Source: an uncultured bacterium
GTDB taxonomy: Bacteria > Babelota > Babeliae > Babelales > Vermiphilaceae
Reading direction: 5' to 3'
DNA: 64,000 nt
NCBI GenBank assembly: GCA_963702025.1
Contig: OY969699.1
Location: 1,532,034-1,596,033, forward strand
Part shown: piece after piece, positions 1-11,232 of the stretch
Layout: the number at the start of each line of letters is the position of its first letter
Numbering within the stretch: position 1 is the first letter of the stretch
Position numbers and translations under genes: made by a program
The notes under the pieces: model-generated
Databases searched by the model: none
The model's input: the letters and a program-made list of their open reading frames with translations, nothing else
Told to the model about the DNA's origin: nothing

Positions 1-66
1 AGAAACAAGAAACAAAATAATTATACTAAATAACATAATGCGCTGATAAGATACTGAAAAACTCAT
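1..66 (-). CDS. 5' end of a gene running off the left edge; signal-peptide-like N-terminus
   Basis: ATG at 66 preceded by GAGGGAG; translates MSFSVSYQRIMLFSIIILFLVS, open to the edge. Confidence 0.6.
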   Translation of the reverse strand, partial: MSFSVSYQRIMLFSIIILFLVS

Positions 67-233
67 ATGCTCCCTCTTTACGCTCCCAATGAATTGTAAA
101 ATTACTTGTAAAATATCCCAACTTTTTATTCTTCACAACTGTAATTTTTCTTTTTTTTATTCGATCTAGACAAAACAATAGAAAATTAGTAATTCTTGAG
201 CATTACATTTTTTTAAAAAAGTATGGTATTAAA

Positions 234-1218
234 ATGAATACAAAAAATATTTCTTTAAGAAGTCTTGGCGTCTACACTCTTATTTGCAGCCAGGCACTCA
301 TAGCCGCTCCAACGTTTGAAAAACAGTGGCAATATGCAGCATGAATATAATCGCATATGCAATTCCCTTAAAAAGCAAGGTCTGGAAGAATTAGAAGAAA
401 CACATGTGCATCCGTATTGGCAAGCCGAGAAAGAAGAAATAAGAAATTTTATATTAGGCGCACCCGAAAGCAATTTTCTAAGTAACTGGCAAATCCGTTA
501 CAATATGGTCAGAAAAGAAATGGGGGCTGCTCAAACGTATGAAATATGTTACTTGGAACATTGCATCAGCGAAAAGACAAAAAAACAACTTGCGCTTTTT
601 AAAGAAAGTGATTTCGCACAACTTGATATAGACTGTTATCAATTCAATTGTTCAAGCAATACGCTCGGACATCTTTTTTATGCTGCAAAAGTCTTGGAAA
701 ACAAAAAAGATTTACCCATTAATACTATTGTTGAATTTGGTTCAGGATATGGAAACTTGGCACATATTTTTAAAACAATTTTACCCGACTCAACTATTTT
801 CCTCATTGATTTGCCGGAAGTATTAGCAATTCAGCTTCTTTTTTTAAAAGCAACAATGCCAAATGTTCCGGTATATTTTCATTCGGAAGCATGTGCTACA
901 TACCAAGAAAAAGCGATCCATCTACTACCAATACACCTTATTAAACAACTTACTATTAATACCGATCTTTTCATTTCCACTTTTGCGTTAAGCGAATCCA
1001 CACAAACCATACAAAGATTGGTCATAAAAAATAACTTTTTTAATGCCAAAATGGTGTATATTACCGGGCAAATTGATGGCTGGGGAAATCTCGATTTTGT
1101 ATCTCACCCAATCATCATCAGCGCAGTAAAAAGCTATTGTAAAACAACGCAGTGCCAACCAATGCATTATATTTTAGGAGATCGTGTTTCATACGAAATT
1201 TTAGGCACAACGTATTAA
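234..1218 (+). pseudogene. Putative sugar O-methyltransferase, frameshifted between signal peptide and catalytic domain
   Basis: ATG 234 gives MNTKNISLRSLGVYTLICSQALIAAPTFEKQWQYAA* (TGA 342-344). The body is in the +1 frame (316/334..1218) with IVEFGSGYG, LIDLPE and DLFISTFALSE motifs. Confidence 0.6.
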
Positions 1219-1989
1219 AATTGCATAAATAGAGAGCAGTAATGAGAATAATATCAAAAATTGGGATCCAACAGCTCGGTTTTTTATTCAGCATTTTTTT
1301 TATTGCAGCACTAACGGCAAATCCCCTCGGGGCAACAACAAACCAAACCGATTTGATTATTTATTCCTATGATCGCCCCATGCAACTCTACGCGCTGCTT
1401 GAATCAATCGAAAAGTATGTCACGGGACTAGCAACTATTTCTGTTATTTACCGCACCAGTAATCACGCATTTGAAGAGGCATACAAAGAGGTTCAAATCC
1501 ACTTTACCAACGCACATTTTTTCAAACAATCACCACCGTATGATGATCTTAAAACATTAACGTGCGCATGTTTTGCCCAAGCCAAGAGCCCGTATATCCT
1601 TTTTGGCGTTGACGATATTATTGTTAAAGATTTTATTAATCTTAATGAATGCATAGATGCGCTCGAAGAATCACATGCTCATGGCTTCTTCTTTCGGCTG
1701 GGGAAAAATCTTGATTTTTGCTACGCAATGAATTGTTCTCAACCTCTGCCACTTTTAAAAAATGTCCGGCCATGCATATATTCCTGGCATTTTAATGAAG
1801 GGCTTTATGATTGGCACTATCCTCATAACCTTGATTTTACCCTGTACTCTAAATCAGATTTTGAAAATCTGATTGAATCACTCGATTATAAAACTCCCTA
1901 CTCATTAGAATCACAACTCATGGGCCATGTGGAGTATAGTAGGATTGGACTTTGTTATGAATCATCAAAGATTGTTAACTTCCCTCTTA

Positions 1990-2913
1990 GAGCCTATCTG
2001 AAAACTAAATTTTCTTGATAATGATTATCTGGAAGGCGAATTGCACTAATGCAAGAAAGTTAATGGATAACTTTTCATAGCGAGTGAAAATGCGCCTAAA
2101 TCGATTTATCCAAGAAAAAGTTCTTTCAACTACCCATCGTTTTAAATCTTTCTCAGAAGCAACACGAGGTTTGTTTTTCGGCTTCTTTGGAGGCATGACA
2201 GGAGTAAAATTTCTTTTGATGGCTTCGGCCTTATTTTTTTTAGAAACAAAGCCTTTATCTGTGCGAAGATAATGATTTTTGGATTGTGGTATTTGTTGTT
2301 GCAAATTATCAATAAGGCTTACAAATACTTGCGTATCATGCCGATTGCCGCTCGCAATAGTGGCTCCAATCGGGATTCCTGCTTCTTCAACAACAAGATT
2401 TAATTTTGTTCCTAATTTTCTTCGATCCACAGGACTTTTTCCTGTTTTATCACCTCCTAAAGGCGATTTTTTATGGTTAGAGTCTATTGATTGATCATGA
2501 AGAGCTAGGCCTATTTTTCGATCATAAAGCATCAAAACTGTTTTCCAAATTTTTTGAAAAGCACCCGCTCGAATAAGTTCTTTAAATCTTTGATAAATAG
2601 TTTTTGATGGGCCAAAACATAATGGCAGAGCTTCCCATTGACATCCAGTTCTTAACAGATAATACATTCCAGCTATTAATGGTTCGTTATCCACACGAGG
2701 CCGCCCTGTTTTTTTTGGCGGAATATTTGCTGCTATAAAGTTATGAAATTCTTGCAAAAGTGGTTCAGGTATGACATATTTTGATGGTATAATTTCTTTG
2801 TAATTTAAAAGCTTCATATGAAAAATCCCTCTTTGTTTGTGTTGCTACTACAAGAGGGATTGTATTTTTTCTATCTATTTTTTCAACTGCCTACAGAGTT
2901 TTCAGATAGGCTC
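1990..2913 (-). mobile_element. IS5-family insertion sequence (IS1031-like), 924 bp
   Basis: Perfect 17-bp terminal IRs GAGCCTATCTGAAAACT (1990-2006, 2897-2913); TTA target duplication at 1987-1989 and 2914-2916. Confidence 0.95.
2005..2817 (-). CDS. IS5-family DDE transposase
   Basis: GRPR, YLLRTGCQWEALP, TDKGF and RWVVERTFSWINRFRR motifs. Confidence 0.95.
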   Translation of the reverse strand: MKLLNYKEIIPSKYVIPEPLLQEFHNFIAANIPPKKTGRPRVDNEPLIAGMYYLLRTGCQWEALPLCFGPSKTIYQRFKELIRAGAFQKIWKTVLMLYDRKIGLALHDQSIDSNHKKSPLGGDKTGKSPVDRRKLGTKLNLVVEEAGIPIGATIASGNRHDTQVFVSLIDNLQQQIPQSKNHYLRTDKGFVSKKNKAEAIKRNFTPVMPPKKPKNKPRVASEKDLKRWVVERTFSWINRFRRIFTRYEKLSINFLALVQFAFQIIIIKKI

Positions 2914-4526
2914 TTAATATCGTGCAAACCGATTGGCCAAACAATTGCGATAATAATTATGGCACCACGCAATTACTCGAACTTTTTAACCAAGATCTCA
3001 AAATTGACATAAAGCCCATTCATGGCATTGCCAATAAATCGGCCCATATCTCCGGCAATACATTAATTACCTTCGTACCCCGTAAACCGCTTGATGAGAA
3101 GCTTATTGTTATCGTAACCCCTTCGTATAATAATAAAGACTGGTGGGAGTGGAACCTTTCTTCTCTTTTGAATCAAAACTATAAGAATTATTACATTCTC
3201 ATCACCGATGATTGCTCAACGGACGGCACCGGCGATGCATTGGAAAATTATATTACAAGCAACAATCTTGAACACAAAGTAAAACTGATAAGAAATAAAA
3301 AACGCCGTGGGGCATTATATAACCACTATATGATGATTCATGGTTGCCCTAATGAGGCAATAATTGCAAACGTTGATGGGGATGACAAATTACCAGATGA
3401 TCCTGAAATATTAAATAGGCTTAATATGATTTATTCGTTGCAAGATGTCTGGCTCACCTATGGGCAATTTGTAGAATATCCTAGTGGCCAAAAAGGATGG
3501 TGCTGCCCTATTCCTGAAAATATAGTTAAAAATAACTCTTTTAGAGAATTTACCCATTTGCCATCACATTTGCGAACCTATTATACGTGGCTTTTTAAAT
3601 GTATAAAGCTTGAAGATCTCCTTGATCGCACCGGTAATTTTTATTCAATGACCTGCGATTATGCGATGATGCTCCCCATGATAGAAATGGCCGGGGAACG
3701 GCATCTCTGCATACAAGATCAAATTATGTATGTCTACAATAGTAGCAATAATCTCAGCGATCACAAAATCAGCAGACAACTCCAAGCTCATATTGCTCAA
3801 GTAATTTGCGCAAAAAAACGATACAACAGACTTCCTGAGAGTGCAGAATCTTTTGCTCAAAACCTTGAAAATGAAAAAGCTGATTGGATTATTTTTGCAG
3901 AAGATGCCAACCCTGAATTATTAGAACGATTTATCATATCAATACAACACAAAGTTACCGGAACCGGTGAGGTCTACATTCTTTATCTTTCATGGCCCAC
4001 AACCGTTGAAAAATACAAAGAATTAAAAGAAAGATATTCTACCGTTAACTTTCTTGCAATCGATGAAAACCGTACTAATTTTAAAGAACTACTCACAAAT
4101 CTGTATCATTATCAACTTAAGCATAATTATGTGCTCTTTTCTTTGGCAAATAATATTGTAGAACAACCAATTAATCTTACTGATTGCATTCAAGCATTAG
4201 AAGAAACGCAAGCATATTCATTTTCATTAAAACTTTCAAAAGAAAATTCCTGCTACCCGCTTCCTAAACATATGCCATTGCTTGAAATACACAATGATAT
4301 ATGCGCATGGAATTATGCGTGCGCAACTGATATGTGGGCATGTGCAAATAGCGTGGACCTAATGCTCTATCGCCGAAAAACACCAACTATTTCAAGTACT
4401 TTGCAAAACTATTGGATGTATTCGTGGATACATTTTGTTGGCTGGTGGTCACAAGAAGGTAATTTAGATAAAATTGGTCTTTGTTTTAAATATCCAAAAA
4501 TAGAAGAAGTAAAATAACGGCAAAAA

Positions 4527-5555
4527 ATGAGTATTTTTCTCAATAGAATCAATCTCTTATTACTATTATTTGTTTACATAGCCAACGCTTCAGATTTTTT
4601 TTTGACCGGTGATATTTCAGATCTTTCTTCAAATGCAAAACGAATTGCCTGCGATTTAGGTAAAATTACCGTGCTCACCCAACCAATTCACGAAGAAAGT
4701 TCACAAGCAATTCAAGGCCATTTTGCCGTTACGGGTAGTGTGCTGCGGGGGTTGAGAAAACTAGGTCTTCCTATGAATTATAACCCAAAAACTATTGATG
4801 AAGTTGGCGACCATCTCTTTGTACTGGTAAATATCGATGCTTTATATCAGGCAATAGAATTGAAACGGCAAAAAAAAATTAAAACTTTAACTGTAGGCCC
4901 GAATATCTTAAATAATCCTTCTGAATTTAATCATGTTTTAGGATCGCCAGAGATTGATTGGTATATCGCACCATGCAATTGGGCCCGAGATTGCAATGTT
5001 GAAGAAGAACCACTAATAAAAAACAAAACAGCTATTTGGTACGCGGGAGTTGATACTGAATATTGGAAACTACAGGAATCAAAAAAAGAAACAAAAACAA
5101 TGTTAGTTTATTGGAAAACTGAACCGGAAAGCTTTTGCATAGAAATAGAAAATATTTTACATAAGCATGGCTGGAAAACTAGGCGATTGCGCTATGGCAG
5201 CTATTCGCACGAAGTGTATAAACAAGTACTAAATGAAGTAGATGCTGCCATCTTTATTAGTTCCTCAGAATCACAAGGAATTGCACTTGCAGAGTGCTGG
5301 GCCATGGATGTGCCTACTTTGGTATGGAACCCGGGAAGAGTTTTCGTCCATAATCGATGGGTAGAGGCTAATTCAGCGCCTTATCTAACAGCGGCAACTG
5401 GATTTCTCTGGCAAACAATTACTGAATTTGAAGAATTATTGAATAATTTTGAACAACTAAAAAAAAAATTCAAGCCCCGTGCATGGATTATCGATTATAT
5501 GAGCGATGAGGCATCTATTTATTTATTACTAGATCTCATAAGATATTCGCTATAA
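4527..5555 (+). CDS. GT-B (GT4-like) glycosyltransferase with signal peptide
   Basis: SSSESQGIALAECWAMDVPTL (E-x7-E-type motif); hydrophobic N-terminus ending ANA. Confidence 0.75.
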   Translation: MSIFLNRINLLLLLFVYIANASDFFLTGDISDLSSNAKRIACDLGKITVLTQPIHEESSQAIQGHFAVTGSVLRGLRKLGLPMNYNPKTIDEVGDHLFVLVNIDALYQAIELKRQKKIKTLTVGPNILNNPSEFNHVLGSPEIDWYIAPCNWARDCNVEEEPLIKNKTAIWYAGVDTEYWKLQESKKETKTMLVYWKTEPESFCIEIENILHKHGWKTRRLRYGSYSHEVYKQVLNEVDAAIFISSSESQGIALAECWAMDVPTLVWNPGRVFVHNRWVEANSAPYLTAATGFLWQTITEFEELLNNFEQLKKKFKPRAWIIDYMSDEASIYLLLDLIRYSL

Positions 5556-5624
5556 CTTGTACCATTCATTTTTATATGGTAGAAAATTGCATATCATGTA
5601 AGCACAAAAAAAGGAAATCTAATT

Positions 5625-6410
5625 ATGTTCACTTTTTTTATCATTTTATTATTTAGTTCTTTTGCATATGCTGTAGAAGCACAAAATCTCTATTTAGATT
5701 TAATGAAAAAATGTTTAATCAATTCAATCTATCAAGACCCAGGCTGTAAAGAAGGAGAGGGCCCATATCAAAAAGAAATTCGAGAAAATGGACTTGATTG
5801 GCCTCATACGGCTCATACTATGATAGGCCTTGGCAGACTTAATAACCTTCAATTTTGTGTAGAAGAGGTATTAAAAAACAATATCCCTGGTGACTTAATA
5901 GAAACAGGAGTATGGCGTGGAGGGGCGACAATCTTCATGCGTGCTATCCTGAAAGCATATAATAATACAGAAAAAAAAGTGTGGGTAGCTGATTCATTTG
6001 AAGGGTTGCCAGCACCTAAACCATGGCTCTATCCCGCAGATACAGGCATTCAATTACACGCGTATAAACAATTAGCAATCTCATTAGAACGAGTAAAATC
6101 AAATTTTGAACGTTACGATTTGCTTGATAATCAAGTCTGTTTTTTAAAAGGATGGTTCTGCGATACATTGCCCACAGCACCTATAAAACAAATATCCGTT
6201 ATGCGTCTTGATGGCGATTTATACGAATCGACAATGGATGCATTAATAAATCTATACCCGAAGCTTTCAATTGGGGGCTATGTAATTATAGATGACTATG
6301 GGATGGAATCATGCCGCAATGCTGTATTGGATTTCAGAAAACAATTTGGAATCACTGATGAAATGCATTTTGTAGATCACACCGGTGCATTTTGGAAACG
6401 AGCTCAATAA
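5625..6410 (+). CDS. TylF/MycF/NovP-family sugar O-methyltransferase with signal peptide
   Basis: GDLIETGVWRGG, VWVADSFEGLP, RLDGDLYEST; N-terminus MFTFFIILLFSSFAYA. Confidence 0.9.
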   Translation: MFTFFIILLFSSFAYAVEAQNLYLDLMKKCLINSIYQDPGCKEGEGPYQKEIRENGLDWPHTAHTMIGLGRLNNLQFCVEEVLKNNIPGDLIETGVWRGGATIFMRAILKAYNNTEKKVWVADSFEGLPAPKPWLYPADTGIQLHAYKQLAISLERVKSNFERYDLLDNQVCFLKGWFCDTLPTAPIKQISVMRLDGDLYESTMDALINLYPKLSIGGYVIIDDYGMESCRNAVLDFRKQFGITDEMHFVDHTGAFWKRAQ

Positions 6411-6434
6411 TTAGTCTCTTTTTTCCAAAGAATC

Positions 6435-7100
6435 ATGAAAAAAATAATTATTTTGTTAGTCCTAACGTTAGCACAAAAAACATATTGCCAAGAAATAAAA
6501 ATCATTTGCACCGCTGCATTGATAGACCAAAATTTTGAAGAACGCAAAATTGAATATATTAACTCATTAGAAGTTTTATCTTCATATGGTTATAGTAATC
6601 CATACGTTATTGAAGCCATAAAATCAACTGGCCCTACCTTTTTAGACAATTATTCATGCAAGGTTATTTACACCAAGGTAAACAACTCTAATTTACACAA
6701 TAAAGGAGTTAATGAAGCGAAATCAATATTAGAAGCCTTGAAATACTTGTATATTGATGATAATGATATGTTAATTAAAATTACCGGAAGATATTTTTTT
6801 ACTTCGAATGCATTTCTTACACTAGTAAAAGAATCACCTGGATTTGATGGGTTCATCAAAACTGATAGCCATAATCAAGTCTTCACTGGTTGTTTTGCAC
6901 TACGGTATAAACATTTTAAAGAATTTCTCTATCAGCTTAATTTAGAATTTATGGAAAACAACATGATTAATATTGAATGGGAATTGGCACAATATATTAA
7001 TTCTTTAGAAACAAACCAAATAAAAATCATGAAAGTAGAAAATCTGGGTATTACTGCGAATATTTTTGGAAATGGTAATCCTATTCTGACTTATTGGTAA
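6435..7100 (+). CDS. Hypothetical secreted protein, probably glycosyltransferase-related
   Basis: Signal peptide MKKIIILLVLTLAQKTYC; NKGVNE and IKITGRY motifs; operon context. Confidence 0.55.
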   Translation: MKKIIILLVLTLAQKTYCQEIKIICTAALIDQNFEERKIEYINSLEVLSSYGYSNPYVIEAIKSTGPTFLDNYSCKVIYTKVNNSNLHNKGVNEAKSILEALKYLYIDDNDMLIKITGRYFFTSNAFLTLVKESPGFDGFIKTDSHNQVFTGCFALRYKHFKEFLYQLNLEFMENNMINIEWELAQYINSLETNQIKIMKVENLGITANIFGNGNPILTYW

Positions 7101-7115
7101 AATAAAAAGGATCTC

Positions 7116-7838
7116 GTGAAAAATCAATATATTTTCGGCACTATTTTAATGCTCATATTACGCATCGAGGCAAATCAGTCTCTTGATTCTTTAGGACTAG
7201 AATATGGAACCGACAAAAGCTCAATTTCTCACGCTTATACAAAAATCTACGAGAAGTACTTTTCACCATTAAAAGAAAAACCATTAAGATTTTTAGAAAT
7301 AGGATTTTTTCAAGGTAATTCAGCGCATATGTGGGAAAAATATTTTAGCGATGCACAGTTATTTTTTATAGATATAGATCCTTTAACAAGAAATTTTTTC
7401 CAAAACTTTGCCAGAGCCAAGCTTTCTATTGTAAACCAAGAAAATCCAAACGAACTTAGTAATTTTATTAGAGAAGTTGGTGGCGATTTTGATATTATTA
7501 TTGATGATGGCGGACATACAATGAATCAGCAAATCATTAGTTTTAAAGTTTTATTCCCATTCCTTAAATCAGGTGGGATCTACGTCATTGAAGATTTGCA
7601 TACATCGTATACTTATATCCCTGATTATGAGCGCTTCCATTATAATAATACGCAAGGGCAAACCGCCGTTGAATTTTTACAAAGTCTCATTCACTCAATT
7701 AATAATGTGGGTGCTAGAAATGGCTGCGCTGACTTTTCTAAATGCCCCGAATCTCTTTATTCGCTACTTTCCAAACATGAAAAAGAGATCGAATCACTAC
7801 ACTTTTATTGCTCTTTATGCTTTATATTTAAACGATAA
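7116..7838 (+). CDS. Class I SAM sugar O-methyltransferase (MycE-like) with signal peptide
   Basis: YGTDK, FLEIG, FDIIIDDGGH, GGIYVIEDLHTSY; GTG start after AAAGGA. Confidence 0.8.
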   Translation: MKNQYIFGTILMLILRIEANQSLDSLGLEYGTDKSSISHAYTKIYEKYFSPLKEKPLRFLEIGFFQGNSAHMWEKYFSDAQLFFIDIDPLTRNFFQNFARAKLSIVNQENPNELSNFIREVGGDFDIIIDDGGHTMNQQIISFKVLFPFLKSGGIYVIEDLHTSYTYIPDYERFHYNNTQGQTAVEFLQSLIHSINNVGARNGCADFSKCPESLYSLLSKHEKEIESLHFYCSLCFIFKR

Positions 7839-7848
7839 TAAGGAATTT

Positions 7849-8616
7849 ATGTATCTAACTATTATTTTGGGCATGCTATTAAATTGCATATCAATTTCTT
7901 GTCAAAATTATAGTCTACTACTACATACAAATAAAAATTTTCTTACAGAGTTAAAGGAATTATCTTTATGGCCTGAAAACATACCTTTAAAACTCCACTT
8001 AGGTTGTGGCGAAAATCATATCAATGGCTATATTAACATAGATTATCCCCCAGTAGAACATACTGTACAGGCTACCTCTGGCGCAGACATTTTTGCCGAC
8101 ATAACCACACTTCATCTTCCTCAAGAGAGTATTGACGAAATTCGCTCTCATCATGTTTTTGAACATTTTGACCGTCAACAGGCTCTCGCTCTCTTATGCA
8201 ACTGGCACCTACAACTGAAAATTGGTGGCACCCTTATTATCGAAACGCCTGATTTTGAAAGAAGCGCAAAATTAATACTTTTAGATGATGCTCTTTCTTA
8301 TAAAGAAAAACAAGCAATTTTAAGACATATTTTTGGCTCTCATGAAGCGCGATGGGCCATCCACTGTGATGGATGGTATGAAGCAAAATATCGGCACGTT
8401 CTACCGCTTTTGGGTTTTGAGGATATTACAATTGAACATTCTCGCTATTTAAATCTCTGCAATATAACCGTGTCGGCACGAAAAACAAAAAGTCTTTATT
8501 GCAATGAACTCATATGCATTGCGCAAGAAATTTTACAAGAAAGTCTTGTGGCTGAATGTGAAACAAAAATGTATCAAGTATGGTGTGAACAATTTAATAG
8601 GGCTATGTTTCAATGA
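7849..8616 (+). CDS. Class I SAM methyltransferase (type 11-like) with signal peptide
   Basis: KLHLGCG...GYINID, SHHVFEHF, LKIGGTLIIETPD. Start moved to ATG 7849 (AAGGAA upstream; avoids overlap with the previous gene). Confidence 0.8.
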   Translation: MYLTIILGMLLNCISISCQNYSLLLHTNKNFLTELKELSLWPENIPLKLHLGCGENHINGYINIDYPPVEHTVQATSGADIFADITTLHLPQESIDEIRSHHVFEHFDRQQALALLCNWHLQLKIGGTLIIETPDFERSAKLILLDDALSYKEKQAILRHIFGSHEARWAIHCDGWYEAKYRHVLPLLGFEDITIEHSRYLNLCNITVSARKTKSLYCNELICIAQEILQESLVAECETKMYQVWCEQFNRAMFQ

Positions 8617-10355
8617 AAAAAATTATAATTGTATCAAGTCTTCTTTTGTTGTTAAAGACGATAAACATCATAGCTTATACTATTTATGAAAATTCTGCTG
8701 AATATGTAAATGTAGGATTCGACAATTGTGACATGCATACAAATGGAGAAGAGGATATCATTTCTCATTTTATCAAAAATCGAGAAACGGTATTCGATAT
8801 TGGTGCGAATGTTGGATCCTGGAGCCAAAAAGTTCTAACGAAAGTTAATAGTCCTCTGATTTTTGCATTCGAACCCATTCCGGAGACTTTCAAAATATTA
8901 CAAAATAATTTGAATCATCCTAATGTTCACATTTTCAATTTTGCTTTTGCCGATATTAAAGGTTTCAAAAGCATTGCGTACTATGATGCATCTCTCATTT
9001 TAGCAGAACTTAGCTCTTTTTATCCTCGGCCTATTGTTGAAGAAATGCATCAAACCAAACCAACTTTTTTGAAAGTACCAACGCATTCAATAGATAGTTT
9101 TTGTAAAGAAAAAAAAATTAATAGAATCCATTTTTTAAAAATTGATACTGAAGGATCAGAACTAGACATTTTAAAAGGATCAATACAAGCATTAGCACAT
9201 AAAACAATCAATTGTATTCAATTTGAATATGGTGGGACTTACCAAGATGCAAAGACGACATTGCAAGAAGTTTATCAACTACTAACTCAAAATGGATATA
9301 TTGTATTTAGAATCATTCCAGAGGGCCTAATTAAGATATCACAATGGTCAAATGATTTAGAAAATTATCGCTATTCTAATTATTTAGCATTAGTAGATGA
9401 TGCTTTGTTAGCCACAGAGCAAAATTCACAACCAGCTATCATTTTACCTCTTTTACCAGTAAAATCAGGCAAACTCGGTTGGGCTGGTGGCCCGCTGAAC
9501 AAATCATTCTTGCAAACAATTCAAAAAATTTTTGATACATCGTTGCTTATCGAAACAGGCACATATAGAGGCGATAGTTCTGCAATTGCGGGAGATATAT
9601 TTGAACAAGTGTATACAATAGAATTAAGCCCTTCGCTCTATGAAAAGGCATGTCAACGTTTTATAAACGATCCTTCCATACTTCTTTATTGTGGAGATTC
9701 AGCAATAGTTCTGGAACAAATTTTGTCTTCTTTACAAAAGAAAGCAGTATTGTGGCTTGATGGGCATTGGAGTGGGGGAGAAACAGCAAAAGGAACAACT
9801 AACACCCCGATATTAGAAGAATTAAATGCGGTTAAAAAAAGTATGATAACAAATAGTATTATATTGATTGATGATATTCGTTTATTTCAAAAAAGTACGC
9901 AAAAAAATATTCATATATCTCTTGAAGGCTACCCGGAATTGAACATTATTATAGATGCCATTAGGCAAATAAACCCTAATTACTCGGTCTGGGTATATGG
10001 CGACATTTTAATCGCCTTTTCTGATTCAAATATTTCTGTAGCTCCTATTATTAGGGCAATGACAGTAAGTAGACTAAACATAGAAAATGAAAACAACCTT
10101 CTTGAAGCTGAAACAATAATAGCAAATGCTACAGAGGAAGAAATCTGCATTATAAAAGATTTATGCAATGATTTTGCGGATGATGGTGGATATGGCTTTA
10201 ATCGCTACTATCATTTTTGGTATGCCCTTACATTGTTAAAACGCAATGAAACTCTCGCATATAGTCATATGAAATTGGCCTCGCACGGAGGATGCCGAAG
10301 GGCAGAATACTATTTGCAATCTTGGCAATGGAGTCAAGATATTGAAACTTTTTGA
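8613..10355 (+). CDS. FkbM-family methyltransferase fused to a second methyltransferase-like domain, with signal peptide
   Basis: FDIGANVG, AFEP, LKIDTEGSE; second domain IETGTYRGD, WLDGHWSGG. Confidence 0.85.
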   Translation: MKKIIIVSSLLLLLKTINIIAYTIYENSAEYVNVGFDNCDMHTNGEEDIISHFIKNRETVFDIGANVGSWSQKVLTKVNSPLIFAFEPIPETFKILQNNLNHPNVHIFNFAFADIKGFKSIAYYDASLILAELSSFYPRPIVEEMHQTKPTFLKVPTHSIDSFCKEKKINRIHFLKIDTEGSELDILKGSIQALAHKTINCIQFEYGGTYQDAKTTLQEVYQLLTQNGYIVFRIIPEGLIKISQWSNDLENYRYSNYLALVDDALLATEQNSQPAIILPLLPVKSGKLGWAGGPLNKSFLQTIQKIFDTSLLIETGTYRGDSSAIAGDIFEQVYTIELSPSLYEKACQRFINDPSILLYCGDSAIVLEQILSSLQKKAVLWLDGHWSGGETAKGTTNTPILEELNAVKKSMITNSIILIDDIRLFQKSTQKNIHISLEGYPELNIIIDAIRQINPNYSVWVYGDILIAFSDSNISVAPIIRAMTVSRLNIENENNLLEAETIIANATEEEICIIKDLCNDFADDGGYGFNRYYHFWYALTLLKRNETLAYSHMKLASHGGCRRAEYYLQSWQWSQDIETF

Positions 10356-10401
10356 ATGTTCATTTTCAAACTAGCCCGAAATTAAATTCCTGCTCTTTCT
10401 T

Positions 10402-11232
10402 CTATTCTTTTTGCCCAAGGTAAAGGATAAAGGTTGCTGGGCTTGAGACGTCTTTAAATTCACAATAACGCATTGTTTTTACGCCAAGACTTTCATAGAG
10501 TCGGACATAATCAATGCCAATACAATTTAATGGTGACATACCAGATGGATTTATAACCGTCATATTATACCAATCACTACCTTCATTTTTGTTTTCAATA
10601 TGAAGTATATATTTTTTACTTACACGCACTATTTCTTGGGCTGATTTAACTGCGATGATAAAGGGAAGATGCATCATAACAGTACAAGTAAAAACTAAAT
10701 CATAACCATCAGATGGCAAAAATGATAAATCGGGCAGACAACCTTTAATAATTTTAGCTTTTACAGGGATATCCGGTTTAATAATCCCGGTATTGATCTC
10801 AAAATTTTCTTTTATCTGTGCTAAATGTCGGCTATTATGCTCAACGCAGGTGATATCCATACGAGGGTTACTTGCATATAAATACTTGGATAATTTTCCA
10901 CAACCCGCACCAAGATCGCATACGCTTGATATCCCTAACGGTAAAATAGTATCTAAAAGAATCCGATGAGTAGGATGAATATCCGGAAAGTCATATTCGA
11001 AAACATTCCATTCTGCAAGTGAAGAAATGCCTGAATAGTTAACTTCATTTGATAAAGCATTAGCATAGAGCTTTTCTTCATAGCCAACATTGCAAAGAAT
11101 GCCAATATCTTGCTTGGCAAGATTGCATTTAAGCAGTTGATTAAAATTATCCGTATGCGCAGACATTATTTGCACTATTAAGCAGCTTCCTGAAATAAAA
11201 TGCATTAAAAAATTTTTTCTTAGAAAGACCAT
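10402..11232 (-). CDS. Class I SAM methyltransferase
   Basis: VCDLGAGCG, YDLVFTCTVMMHL; N-terminal hydrophobic stretch. Confidence 0.75.
   Translation of the reverse strand: MVFLRKNFLMHFISGSCLIVQIMSAHTDNFNQLLKCNLAKQDIGILCNVGYEEKLYANALSNEVNYSGISSLAEWNVFEYDFPDIHPTHRILLDTILPLGISSVCDLGAGCGKLSKYLYASNPRMDITCVEHNSRHLAQIKENFEINTGIIKPDIPVKAKIIKGCLPDLSFLPSDGYDLVFTCTVMMHLPFIIAVKSAQEIVRVSKKYILHIENKNEGSDWYNMTVINPSGMSPLNCIGIDYVRLYESLGVKTMRYCEFKDVSSPATFILYLGQKE

Larger units (their letters stand above)
1242..4517 (+). pseudogene. Multi-domain GT2-type glycosyltransferase (about 782 aa) interrupted by an IS5-family element
   Basis: Removing 1990-2916 joins ...KIVNFPL to NIVQTDWPNN... in frame. Central GT2 motifs VTPSYN, ITDDCSTDGT, VDGDD. 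N- and C-terminal domains are similar (INLNECIDALEE vs INLTDCIQALEE). Confidence 0.9.

Noticed and set aside
2818..3012. 64-aa ORF at the IS5 end
   Set aside because: It spans the IS terminus and the interrupted gene out of frame, with no recognisable family motif.
7573..7848. Long N-terminal extension of the 347-aa ORF
   Set aside because: It overlaps the upstream gene by 266 bp; ATG 7849 has an RBS and starts a signal peptide.
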